Shown here: positions 49,778 through 59,797 of the stretch, one piece after another | Layout of the letters: every line of letters starts with the position of its first letter | How positions within the stretch are numbered: the first letter of the stretch is position 1 | NCBI GenBank assembly: GCA_963675595.2 | Contig: CAXXLZ010000002.1 | Span: 3,616,001 to 3,680,000 of the forward strand | DNA from: Thermodesulfobacteriota bacterium | Lineage (GTDB): Bacteria > Desulfobacterota > Desulfarculia > JACQYL01 | Length of the DNA: 64,000 bases | Direction of reading: 5' to 3' | Program-made: the position numbers and the translations under genes | Notes under the pieces: generated by a model | What the model saw: only the letters and a program-made list of their open reading frames with translations | Database searches by the model: none | Told to the model about the DNA's origin: nothing

Positions 49778-52700
49778 ATGAGCATGTTTCTGGACAACAA
49801 GTCACACGGCAAGGTCGGCGATGCCCTCGCGGAGGCCATCCGTACCGGTGCGCATCTGTCCGTACTTTCCGGTCTCTTCTCCATCTACGGATACTCCGTC
49901 CTAAAGAAACAGCTCTCCCGCGTGGGTGCGTTGCGGCTTCTTATTCCGTCGCACAGCACTCCGGCCGGCGTTGGTGCGGAGCAGCCGTTTCGTTTGGAGG
50001 GCCTCACGGGAAGCGACGCGGACAGGCGTTTCCGCAATACCCTGACACTGGCAAGGGTCGCTCGTGAATGCGCTGAGTGGCTTCAAGAGAAGGCCGATAT
50101 TAGATCGATCTCACTGCCGGTTCCGCAGAATCTTTTTCATGTCGAGAACCCCGACGGAAGCGCCATAGCCGTCAACGGAAGCTCGCCGTTTACGTCCGCC
50201 GGGCTGGGGGCCGTGCCTTCGGACGGCTACGAAATGAATACGTGCTTCACGACCCCGGAAGAAACGACAAGTTTGCTGAAATGGTTCGACACGATATGGT
50301 CGAATCCGGAAGCGACAAAAGACGTAAAGGACTTCCTGGTCGCCCAACTCGAAGGCATCTTTGCCGACAAGTCCCCCGAACTCGTGTACTTCCTGACGCT
50401 CTACAATCTGTTCCGCGAGTACCTCGGTGATCTCGAAGAAGAAAAGATCATCAAGACCAAAACCGGCATCAAAGACACGCTCGTTTGGGGTAAGCTTTAT
50501 CGCTTTCAGCGAGACGGAGTTCTCGGGGCAATCGATAAGATCGAGAGGTACAACGGCTGTATCATCGCCGATAGCGTGGGGCTCGGTAAGACATTCGAGG
50601 CCTTGGCCATCATCAAGTATTACGAACTTCGTAACGATCGCGTACTCGTTCTGTGTCCAAAAAAGCTGCGAGAGAACTGGACCCTCTACACGGTGAATGA
50701 CCGTCGAAATCTTTTCGCCGCCGACCGCTTCAATTTCGATGTCCTTAACCACACGGATCTGTCCCGATTGAGCGGCATGTCCGGAGAGATCAATTTAGAG
50801 ACGCTCAACTGGGGAAATTATGACCTTGTCGTGATTGACGAATCTCACAATTTTCGAAACAACCCGCCGCGCAAAGACGGTTTGACGCGATACTCTCGGC
50901 TCATGCGGGAAATCATAAAGGCGGGCGTAAGGACAAAGGTGCTTATGCTTTCGGCCACGCCCGTCAACAGTCGGATGAACGATCTCAAAAACCAGGTCGC
51001 GTTTATCACGGAAGGCGCAGACGATGCCCTCTACGAAAGCGGGATTGTCAGCATCGAACAAACGCTTCGTAAGGCTCAGATGAGATTCAACCACTGGCTT
51101 CGCACGGACGCCGACGAGCGGACGACACAGGGGCTGCTGGATGCGCTGAATTTCGACTACTTCAAGCTCCTCGACTTGCTCACGATTGCCCGCTCGCGCA
51201 AACACATCGAGAAATACTACGATCTCGGGGAAGTCGGCGCTTTCGCCGAGCGCGCCAAGCCGCTTAATATCAAAGCGGACATAGACACCAAAGACCTGTT
51301 TCCCGACCTCAGGGAGATCAACCGCGATATCCGCCGACTCAACCTTGCGTCCTATGCCCCGCTGAGGTACGTCTTGCCCGGCAAACTCAATGAATACAGT
51401 CGCAAATACGACATGGTGTTGGCAGGCGGTTCGGTTTTCAAGCAGATCGACCGAGAGGAGAGCCTGATTCACCTGATGCGGGTGAACCTGCTCAAGCGCA
51501 TGGAAAGCTCGATCAATTCTTTTGCCCTTACCCTGGGAAGGCTTCTGGCGAATGTGCGTCAAATGATTGGACGTATCGACGCACATGAGGGATCGGAGGT
51601 CGAAGAACTCAGCATCGAAGACATCGAGGTCGACGAGGATGAATTCGCTCCGTATCTGATCGGCAGCAAGATCAAAGTCCTGCTGCAGGATGTCGACCGG
51701 GTGCGATGGAGACAGGAGCTTGAGGAGGACAAAGAGCTTCTGATTAAGCTGTTGCGGCAAGCCCGTGAGATCGACGCCTCCCGCGATGAAAAACTCCTGC
51801 GCCTCAAGGAAGTCATTGCCGCCAAATGCGCCGATCCCATGAATCCGGGGAACAAAAAGGTCCTCGTCTTTACCGCCTTCGCGGATACGGCGGAATACCT
51901 ATACAAGAATATCGCCTCTTGGGCGAAGAGTGAAGTCGGTGTTCACTCCGCCCTGGTGACCGGAGGAAGCAACGGCAATCAGACCACGATGCCCGGGATT
52001 CGGAAGGATATCGCGTCGATTATTACTTCCTTTTCTCCATTATCCAAGGAACGTGCAAAGATTGATGAATCTCTGGAAGATGAGATCAGTATTCTGATCT
52101 CCACCGACTGCCTGTCCGAAGGCCAGAACCTCCAGGATTGCGACTATGTGGTGAACTATGACATTCACTGGAACCCCGTCCGCATCATCCAGCGCTTCGG
52201 CCGTATCGACCGACTCGGTTCGCGGAACGCGATCATCCAACTCGTCAACTTCTGGCCGAACATGGAACTGGACGAGTACATCAATCTTGAAGCGCGTGTT
52301 TCCGGTCGCATGGTGCTCCTCGACATCTCCGCCACCGGTGAAGAAAACATCATCGAGTTTTCCGACGCCGGCAGGATGAACGACCTGGAGTATCGCCGGC
52401 GTCAGCTCGAACAGCTTCAGAACGAAGTGATGGACCTTGAAGACCTGGGGGGCGGCATCTCCATCACGGACATGACGCTCAACGACTTCCGCATGGACCT
52501 GTCCGAATACCTCAAAGGGCATTCCGACCAACTGGAGCACATGCCTCCAGGGGCCTTCGCCGTAACCCACATCGACGACCTGATGGATGAAGACGAGTCG
52601 GTGGGCCCGGGCGTCATCTTCTGTCTCCGCAGTGACACGGCTCGGATCAAGGCGGACGGCACCTACGCGCTGGCTCCCTATTATCTGGTGTGGGTGTCCG

Positions 52701-53029
52701 AATCCGGTGAAGTGCAACTGACTTTCACCCAGGCTAAGAAGATTCTGGACCTCTTCAAGAAACTGTCTCTCGGCCGTTCCCGGCCCAATGTTCGAGCCGT
52801 GACCCGGTTCGAAGCGGGTACAAAGGACGGAGCCGATATGAGCAAATACCAGGCGCTTCTGGCCGGGGCGGTGGTCGCCGTCACGGGCAAGGCCGAAGAG
52901 AAGGGCGTGGAGAGCCTTTTCCGGCGCGGAGGCACCGTTTTGACCAAGGATTCATTCAAAGGGATCGATGACTTCGAGGTAATCGCCTACCTCGTCATCT
53001 TGGGCGATGTGTCGGAGAGCAACGAATGA
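49778..53029 (+). CDS. SNF2-family helicase with degenerate N-terminal PLD-like domain (type III R-M associated)
   Basis: IIADSVGLGKT, VIDESHNFRN, MLSATP, STDCLSEGQNLQD, NYDIHWNPVRIIQRFGRIDR. Confidence 0.92.
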   Translation: MSMFLDNKSHGKVGDALAEAIRTGAHLSVLSGLFSIYGYSVLKKQLSRVGALRLLIPSHSTPAGVGAEQPFRLEGLTGSDADRRFRNTLTLARVARECAEWLQEKADIRSISLPVPQNLFHVENPDGSAIAVNGSSPFTSAGLGAVPSDGYEMNTCFTTPEETTSLLKWFDTIWSNPEATKDVKDFLVAQLEGIFADKSPELVYFLTLYNLFREYLGDLEEEKIIKTKTGIKDTLVWGKLYRFQRDGVLGAIDKIERYNGCIIADSVGLGKTFEALAIIKYYELRNDRVLVLCPKKLRENWTLYTVNDRRNLFAADRFNFDVLNHTDLSRLSGMSGEINLETLNWGNYDLVVIDESHNFRNNPPRKDGLTRYSRLMREIIKAGVRTKVLMLSATPVNSRMNDLKNQVAFITEGADDALYESGIVSIEQTLRKAQMRFNHWLRTDADERTTQGLLDALNFDYFKLLDLLTIARSRKHIEKYYDLGEVGAFAERAKPLNIKADIDTKDLFPDLREINRDIRRLNLASYAPLRYVLPGKLNEYSRKYDMVLAGGSVFKQIDREESLIHLMRVNLLKRMESSINSFALTLGRLLANVRQMIGRIDAHEGSEVEELSIEDIEVDEDEFAPYLIGSKIKVLLQDVDRVRWRQELEEDKELLIKLLRQAREIDASRDEKLLRLKEVIAAKCADPMNPGNKKVLVFTAFADTAEYLYKNIASWAKSEVGVHSALVTGGSNGNQTTMPGIRKDIASIITSFSPLSKERAKIDESLEDEISILISTDCLSEGQNLQDCDYVVNYDIHWNPVRIIQRFGRIDRLGSRNAIIQLVNFWPNMELDEYINLEARVSGRMVLLDISATGEENIIEFSDAGRMNDLEYRRRQLEQLQNEVMDLEDLGGGISITDMTLNDFRMDLSEYLKGHSDQLEHMPPGAFAVTHIDDLMDEDESVGPGVIFCLRSDTARIKADGTYALAPYYLVWVSESGEVQLTFTQAKKILDLFKKLSLGRSRPNVRAVTRFEAGTKDGADMSKYQALLAGAVVAVTGKAEEKGVESLFRRGGTVLTKDSFKGIDDFEVIAYLVILGDVSESNE

Positions 53030-53781
53030 CCGAGGCTCTCTATGAAAGCATGGGCATTCCCGACGCTTGTCATTTAGGCAAGCGCGTTTTCAAGAGGCTT
53101 TTCCGCGAAAACGCCAAGCTCGGTGCGACCGATGAAAAGGCGTTCCGTGAGGATATCGACACCATCACCTGGATGCATACGCTGAAGCCTTCAACCATCC
53201 CAATAAAACCTTACGAAGACGAACAACGCGAATATCATGAAGTCGCATTGCTTCACGTGGAGCTCAAAACGCAAAAGCGGACGGCCCGTATTGCGGAGAT
53301 CATGCATCGCGCCATCCCCTACCCGTTGGTGATCGTCTTCGCCTTTGAAAAGATGTGCGCCCTGAGTACGGCGCACAAGCGGTTCAGCTTGGCGGAGAAG
53401 GGAGCCATTATCGCCGAAGAACTGATCCTCACGGATTGGATTGACCTCTCCAATGTTTCATCCGTGCAGAGGGATTTCATGAATAGTCTGGCCGTCGCCG
53501 GCCTGCCGCATACGCACTTTCTCGCGTTCTACTCGGCCATCGTGGACCGGCTCGTTGCGCTCGACTGTGCGCACTTGACCGGCGAGTACCGCTTGGAGTC
53601 CGCAGTGGAAAAGCGCCGTGATCAGCGTCAACGGCTGTCTGTCTGTCATGACTTGGAGAACCGGATTGAAGAACTCAAGACTGCCATCAAAAAGGAAACT
53701 CAGTTCAACCGGCAGGTGGAACTGAACATGAAAATGAAGGCCTTAGAGAATAAGCTCAAAGAGAAAGTTGCTCGGCTTTGA
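53026..53781 (+). CDS. DUF4391-like protein
   Basis: IMHRAIPYP, C-terminal KKETQFNRQVELN; usual position between helicase and mod. Confidence 0.82.
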   Translation: MTEALYESMGIPDACHLGKRVFKRLFRENAKLGATDEKAFREDIDTITWMHTLKPSTIPIKPYEDEQREYHEVALLHVELKTQKRTARIAEIMHRAIPYPLVIVFAFEKMCALSTAHKRFSLAEKGAIIAEELILTDWIDLSNVSSVQRDFMNSLAVAGLPHTHFLAFYSAIVDRLVALDCAHLTGEYRLESAVEKRRDQRQRLSVCHDLENRIEELKTAIKKETQFNRQVELNMKMKALENKLKEKVARL

Positions 53782-53798
53782 ACAGGAGGATAGCGCGC

Positions 53799-55709
53799 AT
53801 GGAAAAGCTGGACCCGAAAACGGACGGCGCCACGCCGGATATCGTCCAACAGAATATCGAGAAGATGAAGGAACTCTTCCCCGATGTTTTCACCGAAGGG
53901 AAGGTCGATTGCGACGCCCTGCGCGAGATTTTGGGCGATTACGCGGAGGATCAACCGGAGCGTTACAGCTTCACCTGGAACGGCAAGGCCCGCGCTCGCC
54001 GAATCGCCCAAACACCGTCCACCGGCACGCTCCGTCCATGCCCCGAGGAATCGGTCAATTGGGACACCACGCAGAATCTGTTCATCGAGGGAGACAATCT
54101 TGAGGTGCTCAAACTCCTGCAGAAGAGCTACCACAAGCGGGTCAGAATGATCTACATCGATCCTCCTTACAACACCGGGAATGAATTTATATATCCGGAC
54201 AAATTTGCAGACAATCTGGAAACCTACCTACGTTATACAGGACAGACTGATTCCGAAGGCCGAAAATTTTCTGCTAATTCAGAGACTGGCGGCAGATACC
54301 ATACCAACTGGCTGAACATGATGTTGCCGCGCCTAAAGCTTGCTCGCAATCTACTCAGTGATGACGGAGCAATTTTCATCTCAATTGATGACCATGAAGT
54401 GGGGAACTTGCGTCATCTATGTGATGAGACCTTCGGGGAGGAGAACTTCATAGCTACCGCAATATGGCAGCGAGTGTATAGCCCGAAAAATAGCGCACGC
54501 TACTTCTCCGAAGATCATGACTATGTCGTAATTTACGCTAAACGATTAGAGATGTGGGAGCCCACGCTGCTTCCTCGGAACGCGGAAGCTGATGCCCGTT
54601 ACCAGAATTACGACGATGACCCCAGAGGGCCATGGAAACCAAGTGACCTCACAGCACGAAATTACTATGGAGATGGACAGTACGAAGTGCAAGGTCCGAC
54701 GGGTAAGACGTTCAAGCCGGGGCGAGGCAGTTACTGGCGTATCTCGCTGGCCAACTTCAAGAAGTTGGAAGAAGATAACAGAATATGGTGGGGTCCCAAA
54801 GGCGGCAGCATGCCGGCTCAGAAGCGTTTCCTAAGCGAAGTCAAGCAGGGAATCGTTCCACAAACACTGTGGAACTACTCACTGGTCGGTCATACGCAGG
54901 ATGCTAAGAAAGAACTCCTTGAGTTTGTGGACTTTTTGCATACTGAGAATGTTCTTAACTCGGTAAAGCCAACGAAGCTCTTAAGGCACATTCTAAAGAT
55001 TGGAACCTCACCGACTGAGTCACATATCGTTTTGGATTTCTTTTCCGGCAGCGCCCCTCTTGGGCATGCGGTTTTTGCACAGAATAGGGTTGACGGAGGG
55101 AATCGGAAATTCATCCTCGTACAGCTCCCCGAGCCTTTACCCAGACATGAGCCACGGATTCACACTATTTCAGATATGGGCAAGTGCCGTCTCCGGCACG
55201 CCGCCGAACATTTTGCCTCTGAGATAGGACAGATCGGGAACGACTATAGAAGGAATCTTCCTGGTACAGAAGAAGACATACCGGCGTTGGATCTCGGTTT
55301 TAAGGTTTTAAAGCTCGATGCCAGCAATATCAGACCCTGGGATGCCGACTTCGACAACTTTGAGAAGTCCCTATTCGACGCGGTGGAAAACATCAAACCC
55401 GACCGCACCGAGTCGGACGTGCTCTACGAATTGCTGCTCAAGTTCGGGCTGGAACTCACCGTGCCCATCGAGGAACGAGAAATCGCCGGGAGGTCGGTAT
55501 TCATTGTCGGAGCGGGTGCGCTTATTGTCTGCTTGGACAATCAGATCAACCTGGAGGTCGTGGAAGGGATCGCGGCTCTGAAGGAAGAACTTCGCCCCGA
55601 GATCATGCGTGTGGTCTTTAAGGACTCCGGTTTTGCCGACGACGTGGTCAAGACCAATGCCGTGCAGATTCTCCGCCAAGCCGGAATTGAAGACGTGAAG
55701 AGCTTGTAG
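53799..55709 (+). CDS. mod: Type III R-M methyltransferase subunit
   Basis: NLFIEGDNLEVLKLL, IYIDPPYNTG, IVLDFFSGS, RKFILVQLPE. Confidence 0.95.
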   Translation: MEKLDPKTDGATPDIVQQNIEKMKELFPDVFTEGKVDCDALREILGDYAEDQPERYSFTWNGKARARRIAQTPSTGTLRPCPEESVNWDTTQNLFIEGDNLEVLKLLQKSYHKRVRMIYIDPPYNTGNEFIYPDKFADNLETYLRYTGQTDSEGRKFSANSETGGRYHTNWLNMMLPRLKLARNLLSDDGAIFISIDDHEVGNLRHLCDETFGEENFIATAIWQRVYSPKNSARYFSEDHDYVVIYAKRLEMWEPTLLPRNAEADARYQNYDDDPRGPWKPSDLTARNYYGDGQYEVQGPTGKTFKPGRGSYWRISLANFKKLEEDNRIWWGPKGGSMPAQKRFLSEVKQGIVPQTLWNYSLVGHTQDAKKELLEFVDFLHTENVLNSVKPTKLLRHILKIGTSPTESHIVLDFFSGSAPLGHAVFAQNRVDGGNRKFILVQLPEPLPRHEPRIHTISDMGKCRLRHAAEHFASEIGQIGNDYRRNLPGTEEDIPALDLGFKVLKLDASNIRPWDADFDNFEKSLFDAVENIKPDRTESDVLYELLLKFGLELTVPIEEREIAGRSVFIVGAGALIVCLDNQINLEVVEGIAALKEELRPEIMRVVFKDSGFADDVVKTNAVQILRQAGIEDVKSL

Positions 55710-56066
55710 CCCAATTGGCGGTTTACCGGGTTGCCGAAAAACGGTTTTCAGGGGAGTTCGATCTGCCTGGGCCTGTGCGATATCATGATGGATAATCCCC
55801 ACCCAAGAATCCGAACCGGCCCCGTCTTATCCCCCTGATCGGGCCGGCAAGCGGCCGCCGGTCGGCTGTTCCGGCCTGTCGTGAGCTTCTCAATACGGCT
55901 GAGGGACGAGAGGTATTTTGATGCCTGCAGATTCACAACAAAGTACTTTGTTCATAATGAAGGGCTGATTGGTAGCAATAAAAGGTCTTGTTGCTATCCG
56001 AATAGCATCGACTTGTCGGACAATTCGGTACCTGCCTGGAATTATTCGAATTTTTAGGGGCATTTC

Positions 56067-59000
56067 ATGAAGCTGCAATTCGACCCGAACCTCGACTTCC
56101 AACACGAAGCGATCAATGCCGTGGTGGACGTCTTCAAGGGGCAGGAAACTTGCCGGACCAACTTCACGGTTCTGCCTCTGAAATACGATCCGCAGGCTAT
56201 CCTGACCGGAATGGCGAACGACCTCGGCGTCGGCAACCGTCTACGCCTTCTGGACGATGACATTCACAAGAACGTTCGGGACGTCCAGCTCCGCAACGGG
56301 CTGGCCCCCTCGGAAGGACTCGATTCGAAGGATTTCACCGTTGAGATGGAAACCGGCACCGGTAAGACCTACGTTTATCTGCGGACGATCTTTGAAATGA
56401 ACCGGCTGTACGGTTTTACGAAATTCATCATCGTCGTGCCTTCGGTGGCCGTTAAAGAGGGCGTTTACAAGTCTCTCCAGATGACTGAGGAGCATTTCAA
56501 AGGGCTCTATGAAAACATCCAGTTCGACTATTTCGTCTACGATTCCCAGAAGCTCGGCCAGGTGCGTAACTTCGCCGTCAGCGACTACATCCAGATCATG
56601 GTCATCAATATCGACGCCTTCCGCAAGAGCTTTGCCGACCCGGAGAAGGAAGACAAGGCCAATATCATCCACCGACCGCATGACCGTATGACCGGCAGTC
56701 GCCCCATCGAATTCATTCAGGCCACGGACCCCATTGTGATTATCGACGAGCCCCAGAGCGTGGACACCACCGAAAAGAGCAAGGAGGCCATCGCGTCGCT
56801 GAATCCGCTTTGCACGTTGCGCTATTCGGCCACCCATGTGCGCAAACACCACATGATGTTCAAGCTCGATTCGGTGGAAGCCTACGAGCGGAAGTTGGTC
56901 AAACAGATCGAAGTGGCGGGGATCGAAGTCAAAGACAGCCACAACAAGGCCTACGTCAAACTGATGAAAGTGGACAACCGGAAGAGCCCCATCCGCGCGC
57001 AGATCGAGTTGGACGTCGCCGGGCGGGACGGCAAGGTGATCCGGAAAAGCAAATGGGTCCGAAGCGGTGACGATCTGCTGGACCTTTCCGGCGGCAGGCA
57101 CGTTTACGACGGTTATATCATCGAGGACATCTATTGCGAAAAGGGAAACGAATACATCAGCTTCACCAGCAAGCCGGAAATCGTGAGGCTGGACCAAGCC
57201 GTCGGCCAAGTCAACGACGATGAATACAAACGTCTACAGATACGAAAGACCATCGAAGAGCATCTGGATAAGGAGATGCAACTTCGGCCTCAAGGAATCA
57301 AGGTCCTGAGCCTGTTCTTCATCGACCGGGTGTCAAACTACCGCCGGTATGACGACGACGGTAACCCGCAACCCGGCAAGTACGCCCGGATGTTCGAGGA
57401 GGAATACAACCGTGCCGTACGAAAGCCCAAATACCACACGTTGTTTGAAGGCGCGGACCTGGAAACCACCGCTGAGGGGGTGCATGACGGGTATTTCGCC
57501 GTGGATAAGAAAAGGGATGCGACCGGGAGCGGTATGCTCAAGGATTCTCGTGGGGGTGGAACCACTCAGGCGGACGAGAGCGCCTATCAACTGATCATGA
57601 GGGACAAGGAGAAGCTGCTCAGCTTTGATTCGAACCTGAAGTTTATTTTCTCTCATTCCGCCTTGAAGGAAGGTTGGGACAACCCGAACGTCTTCCAGAT
57701 CTGCACCCTGAATGAAACGGCGTCCGTTCTGAAAAAGCGGCAGGAGATCGGCCGGGGACTTCGGATTGCCGTGAACCAGCACGGTGAACGGGTCCACGGG
57801 TTCGACGTGAACCGCCTGACCGTCATGGCCAACGAATCCTACGAGGACTTCGCCCGCCGGCTCCAGAAAGAGATCGAAGAGGAAGAAGGGATCAGGTTCG
57901 GCGTGGTCGAGCGGCATCTCTTCGCCAATATTCCCGTTACGACGGATGATTACAGGACCGAATATCTCGGAGTGGATACCTCTCGGAAGATATGGGAACA
58001 CCTGAAAGACAAGGGCTACATCGACGCGAACGGCAAGGTCCGGGATGCCCTTCGATCGGACCTGAAAGACGGAAAGGTGGATCTACCGGAAGAGGTGCGG
58101 GACCACACGGCGCAGATCATCGCCGTGCTCCGCAAGGTCGCGGGCAACCTCAACATCAAGAACGCGGACGACCGCAAGCGGGTTCAATTGAACAAGGCCG
58201 TGTTCCTGGGCGAGGAGTTCAAGGAGTTGTGGGAGCGCATCAAGTATCGAACCACCTTTCGGGTGGAATTCGATTCGGAGGCGCTGATCGAGAAATGCGC
58301 CTACGAAATTCAACGGTCCCTGGTGGTCGGCAAAGCGCGTTTCACTACCTACACGGCCATCATCGACATTGATCGCGGTGGGGTCCAGACCAGACCGATT
58401 CACGAAACCAAGGCCGTTTACGAGGGGCTTGATTACCAGCTACCGGACGTAATCGGTTACCTCCAGAACGAGACCAATTTGACGCGTCGCACCCTGGTGG
58501 AAATCATGGTCGGGAGCAAACGTCTCCAGGACTTCAAGAACAACCCGCAGAAATACATCGAGCAAGTTTCGGGGATCATCAAGCACCAGATGCGTCTCTT
58601 TATTGTTGACGGCATCAAGTATCGGAAGCTCGGCGACCGGCACTATTACGCCCAGGAGCTTTTCGAGGAAAACGAGTTGTACGGTTACCTGAACAAAAAC
58701 ATGCTCGAAAGCAAAAAGTCGGTGTTTGATCATGTGGTCTATGATTCGGACGTGGAGAAGGGATTCGCCCGCTCGTTCGAGCTGAACGACGAGGTGAAGG
58801 TCTACGCCAAGCTGCCGGGATGGTTCAAGATCGACACGCCCCTGGGCAGCTACAATCCGGACTGGGCCGTGCTGGTGGAAATGGACGGCCGGGAGCGGCT
58901 GTATTTCGTGGTGGAGTCCAAGGGCACCCTGTTTACCGATGTGCTCCGACCGACGGAACAGGCAAAGATCGACTGCGGCCGAGAGCATTTCAAAGCCCTC

Positions 59001-59069
59001 GGAACGGACGTGGGGTTCACCGTGGCCAACAGCTATGAAAACTTTTCGGAAAAGGTCTTGGCGGAATGA
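56067..59069 (+). CDS. res: Type III R-M restriction subunit
   Basis: VEMETGTGKTYVYL, IIDEPQ, FSHSALKEGWDNPNVFQIC, QEIGRGLR, YNPDWA...VVESKG nuclease motif. Confidence 0.95.
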   Translation: MKLQFDPNLDFQHEAINAVVDVFKGQETCRTNFTVLPLKYDPQAILTGMANDLGVGNRLRLLDDDIHKNVRDVQLRNGLAPSEGLDSKDFTVEMETGTGKTYVYLRTIFEMNRLYGFTKFIIVVPSVAVKEGVYKSLQMTEEHFKGLYENIQFDYFVYDSQKLGQVRNFAVSDYIQIMVINIDAFRKSFADPEKEDKANIIHRPHDRMTGSRPIEFIQATDPIVIIDEPQSVDTTEKSKEAIASLNPLCTLRYSATHVRKHHMMFKLDSVEAYERKLVKQIEVAGIEVKDSHNKAYVKLMKVDNRKSPIRAQIELDVAGRDGKVIRKSKWVRSGDDLLDLSGGRHVYDGYIIEDIYCEKGNEYISFTSKPEIVRLDQAVGQVNDDEYKRLQIRKTIEEHLDKEMQLRPQGIKVLSLFFIDRVSNYRRYDDDGNPQPGKYARMFEEEYNRAVRKPKYHTLFEGADLETTAEGVHDGYFAVDKKRDATGSGMLKDSRGGGTTQADESAYQLIMRDKEKLLSFDSNLKFIFSHSALKEGWDNPNVFQICTLNETASVLKKRQEIGRGLRIAVNQHGERVHGFDVNRLTVMANESYEDFARRLQKEIEEEEGIRFGVVERHLFANIPVTTDDYRTEYLGVDTSRKIWEHLKDKGYIDANGKVRDALRSDLKDGKVDLPEEVRDHTAQIIAVLRKVAGNLNIKNADDRKRVQLNKAVFLGEEFKELWERIKYRTTFRVEFDSEALIEKCAYEIQRSLVVGKARFTTYTAIIDIDRGGVQTRPIHETKAVYEGLDYQLPDVIGYLQNETNLTRRTLVEIMVGSKRLQDFKNNPQKYIEQVSGIIKHQMRLFIVDGIKYRKLGDRHYYAQELFEENELYGYLNKNMLESKKSVFDHVVYDSDVEKGFARSFELNDEVKVYAKLPGWFKIDTPLGSYNPDWAVLVEMDGRERLYFVVESKGTLFTDVLRPTEQAKIDCGREHFKALGTDVGFTVANSYENFSEKVLAE

Positions 59070-59186
59070 TCCTACGAGGGAAGGCTTCCATGAAAATGCG
59101 GGTTCGCAACGGCAACCGGCCCTCCCCGCCTTCACGGAGTCGCCCGTTCCTTTCAAAAGCGAACCCATCCGCGTCCCACTCCAAAC

Positions 59187-59221
59187 AAAAAGGCGTAACC
59201 CTTTTGAGTTACGCCTTTTTT
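59187..59221. terminator. Bidirectional terminator between res and tRNA-Ala
   Basis: AAAAAGGCGTAAC-CCTTTTGA-GTTACGCCTTTTT. Confidence 0.8.
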
Positions 59222-59228
59222 CTCTCTT

Positions 59229-59304
59229 TGGTGGAGATGATGGGATTCGAACCCACGACCTGTACGTTGCGAACGTACCGCTCTCCCAGCTGAGCTACAT
59301 CCCC
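59229..59304 (-). tRNA. tRNA-Ala: tRNA-Ala (CGC)
   Basis: GGGGATGTAGCTCAGCTGGGAGAGCGGTACGTT-CGC-AACGTACAGGTCGTGGGTTCGAATCCCATCATCTCCACCA; G3:U70 pair; encoded CCA. Confidence 0.97.
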
Positions 59305-59494
59305 GTCGATGGAAAAACGTACTATAGCCGGAATCCGGATTCATTGCAACGGAATTTTGACACGGCATGTTGAAACGAATCCCGCCGGCCGGTGGGCGCC
59401 TAATGCGAGGGGCGTTGCCGGACGGCGTTCCCGCGCGGTTGGGCAAGCGGGTTTTGGGGGGCTCCGCTCCGCATGCGATCAAAGCCCCCGTGTT

Positions 59495-59776
59495 GCAGGC
59501 GTTCACGGGGTAGGCAATCGGCTCGTATTAACAGGGTCACCGGGGGAACGCTCTTACCGCCGGACCCCTTGTATCGGCTCCACCCCGCCTGTGCGTGACA
59601 AAGCCGAACCGGGGAGCTTCTTTGCCGATTCAGGAGATGTCAGGAACGCCGGCAATCAGCGAGGAAACCTATTTCTCCCTCAGCCTCTCCGCCGAAGGCG
59701 GTGAGGCCTGCTTGAAATGTTTCAAGGGGGGCGCACGGGGGGAACTTTTTTAAAAGTTCCCCCCGTGAATGATCAC
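59495..59776 (+). mobile_element. MITE, 282 bp, opposite orientation to 46990-47237
   Basis: GCAGGCGTTCAC...GTGAATGATCAC, flanks CCCGTGTT / CCCGCGTT (one mismatch); shares the CACGGGGGGAACTTT...AAAGTTCCCCCCGTG hairpin. Confidence 0.8.
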
Positions 59777-59797
59777 CCCGCGTTTTCATGGTTTTTA

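Noticed and set aside
53799-55709. Phase-variable simple sequence repeat in mod
   Set aside because: No tandem SSR or long homopolymer seen in the gene.
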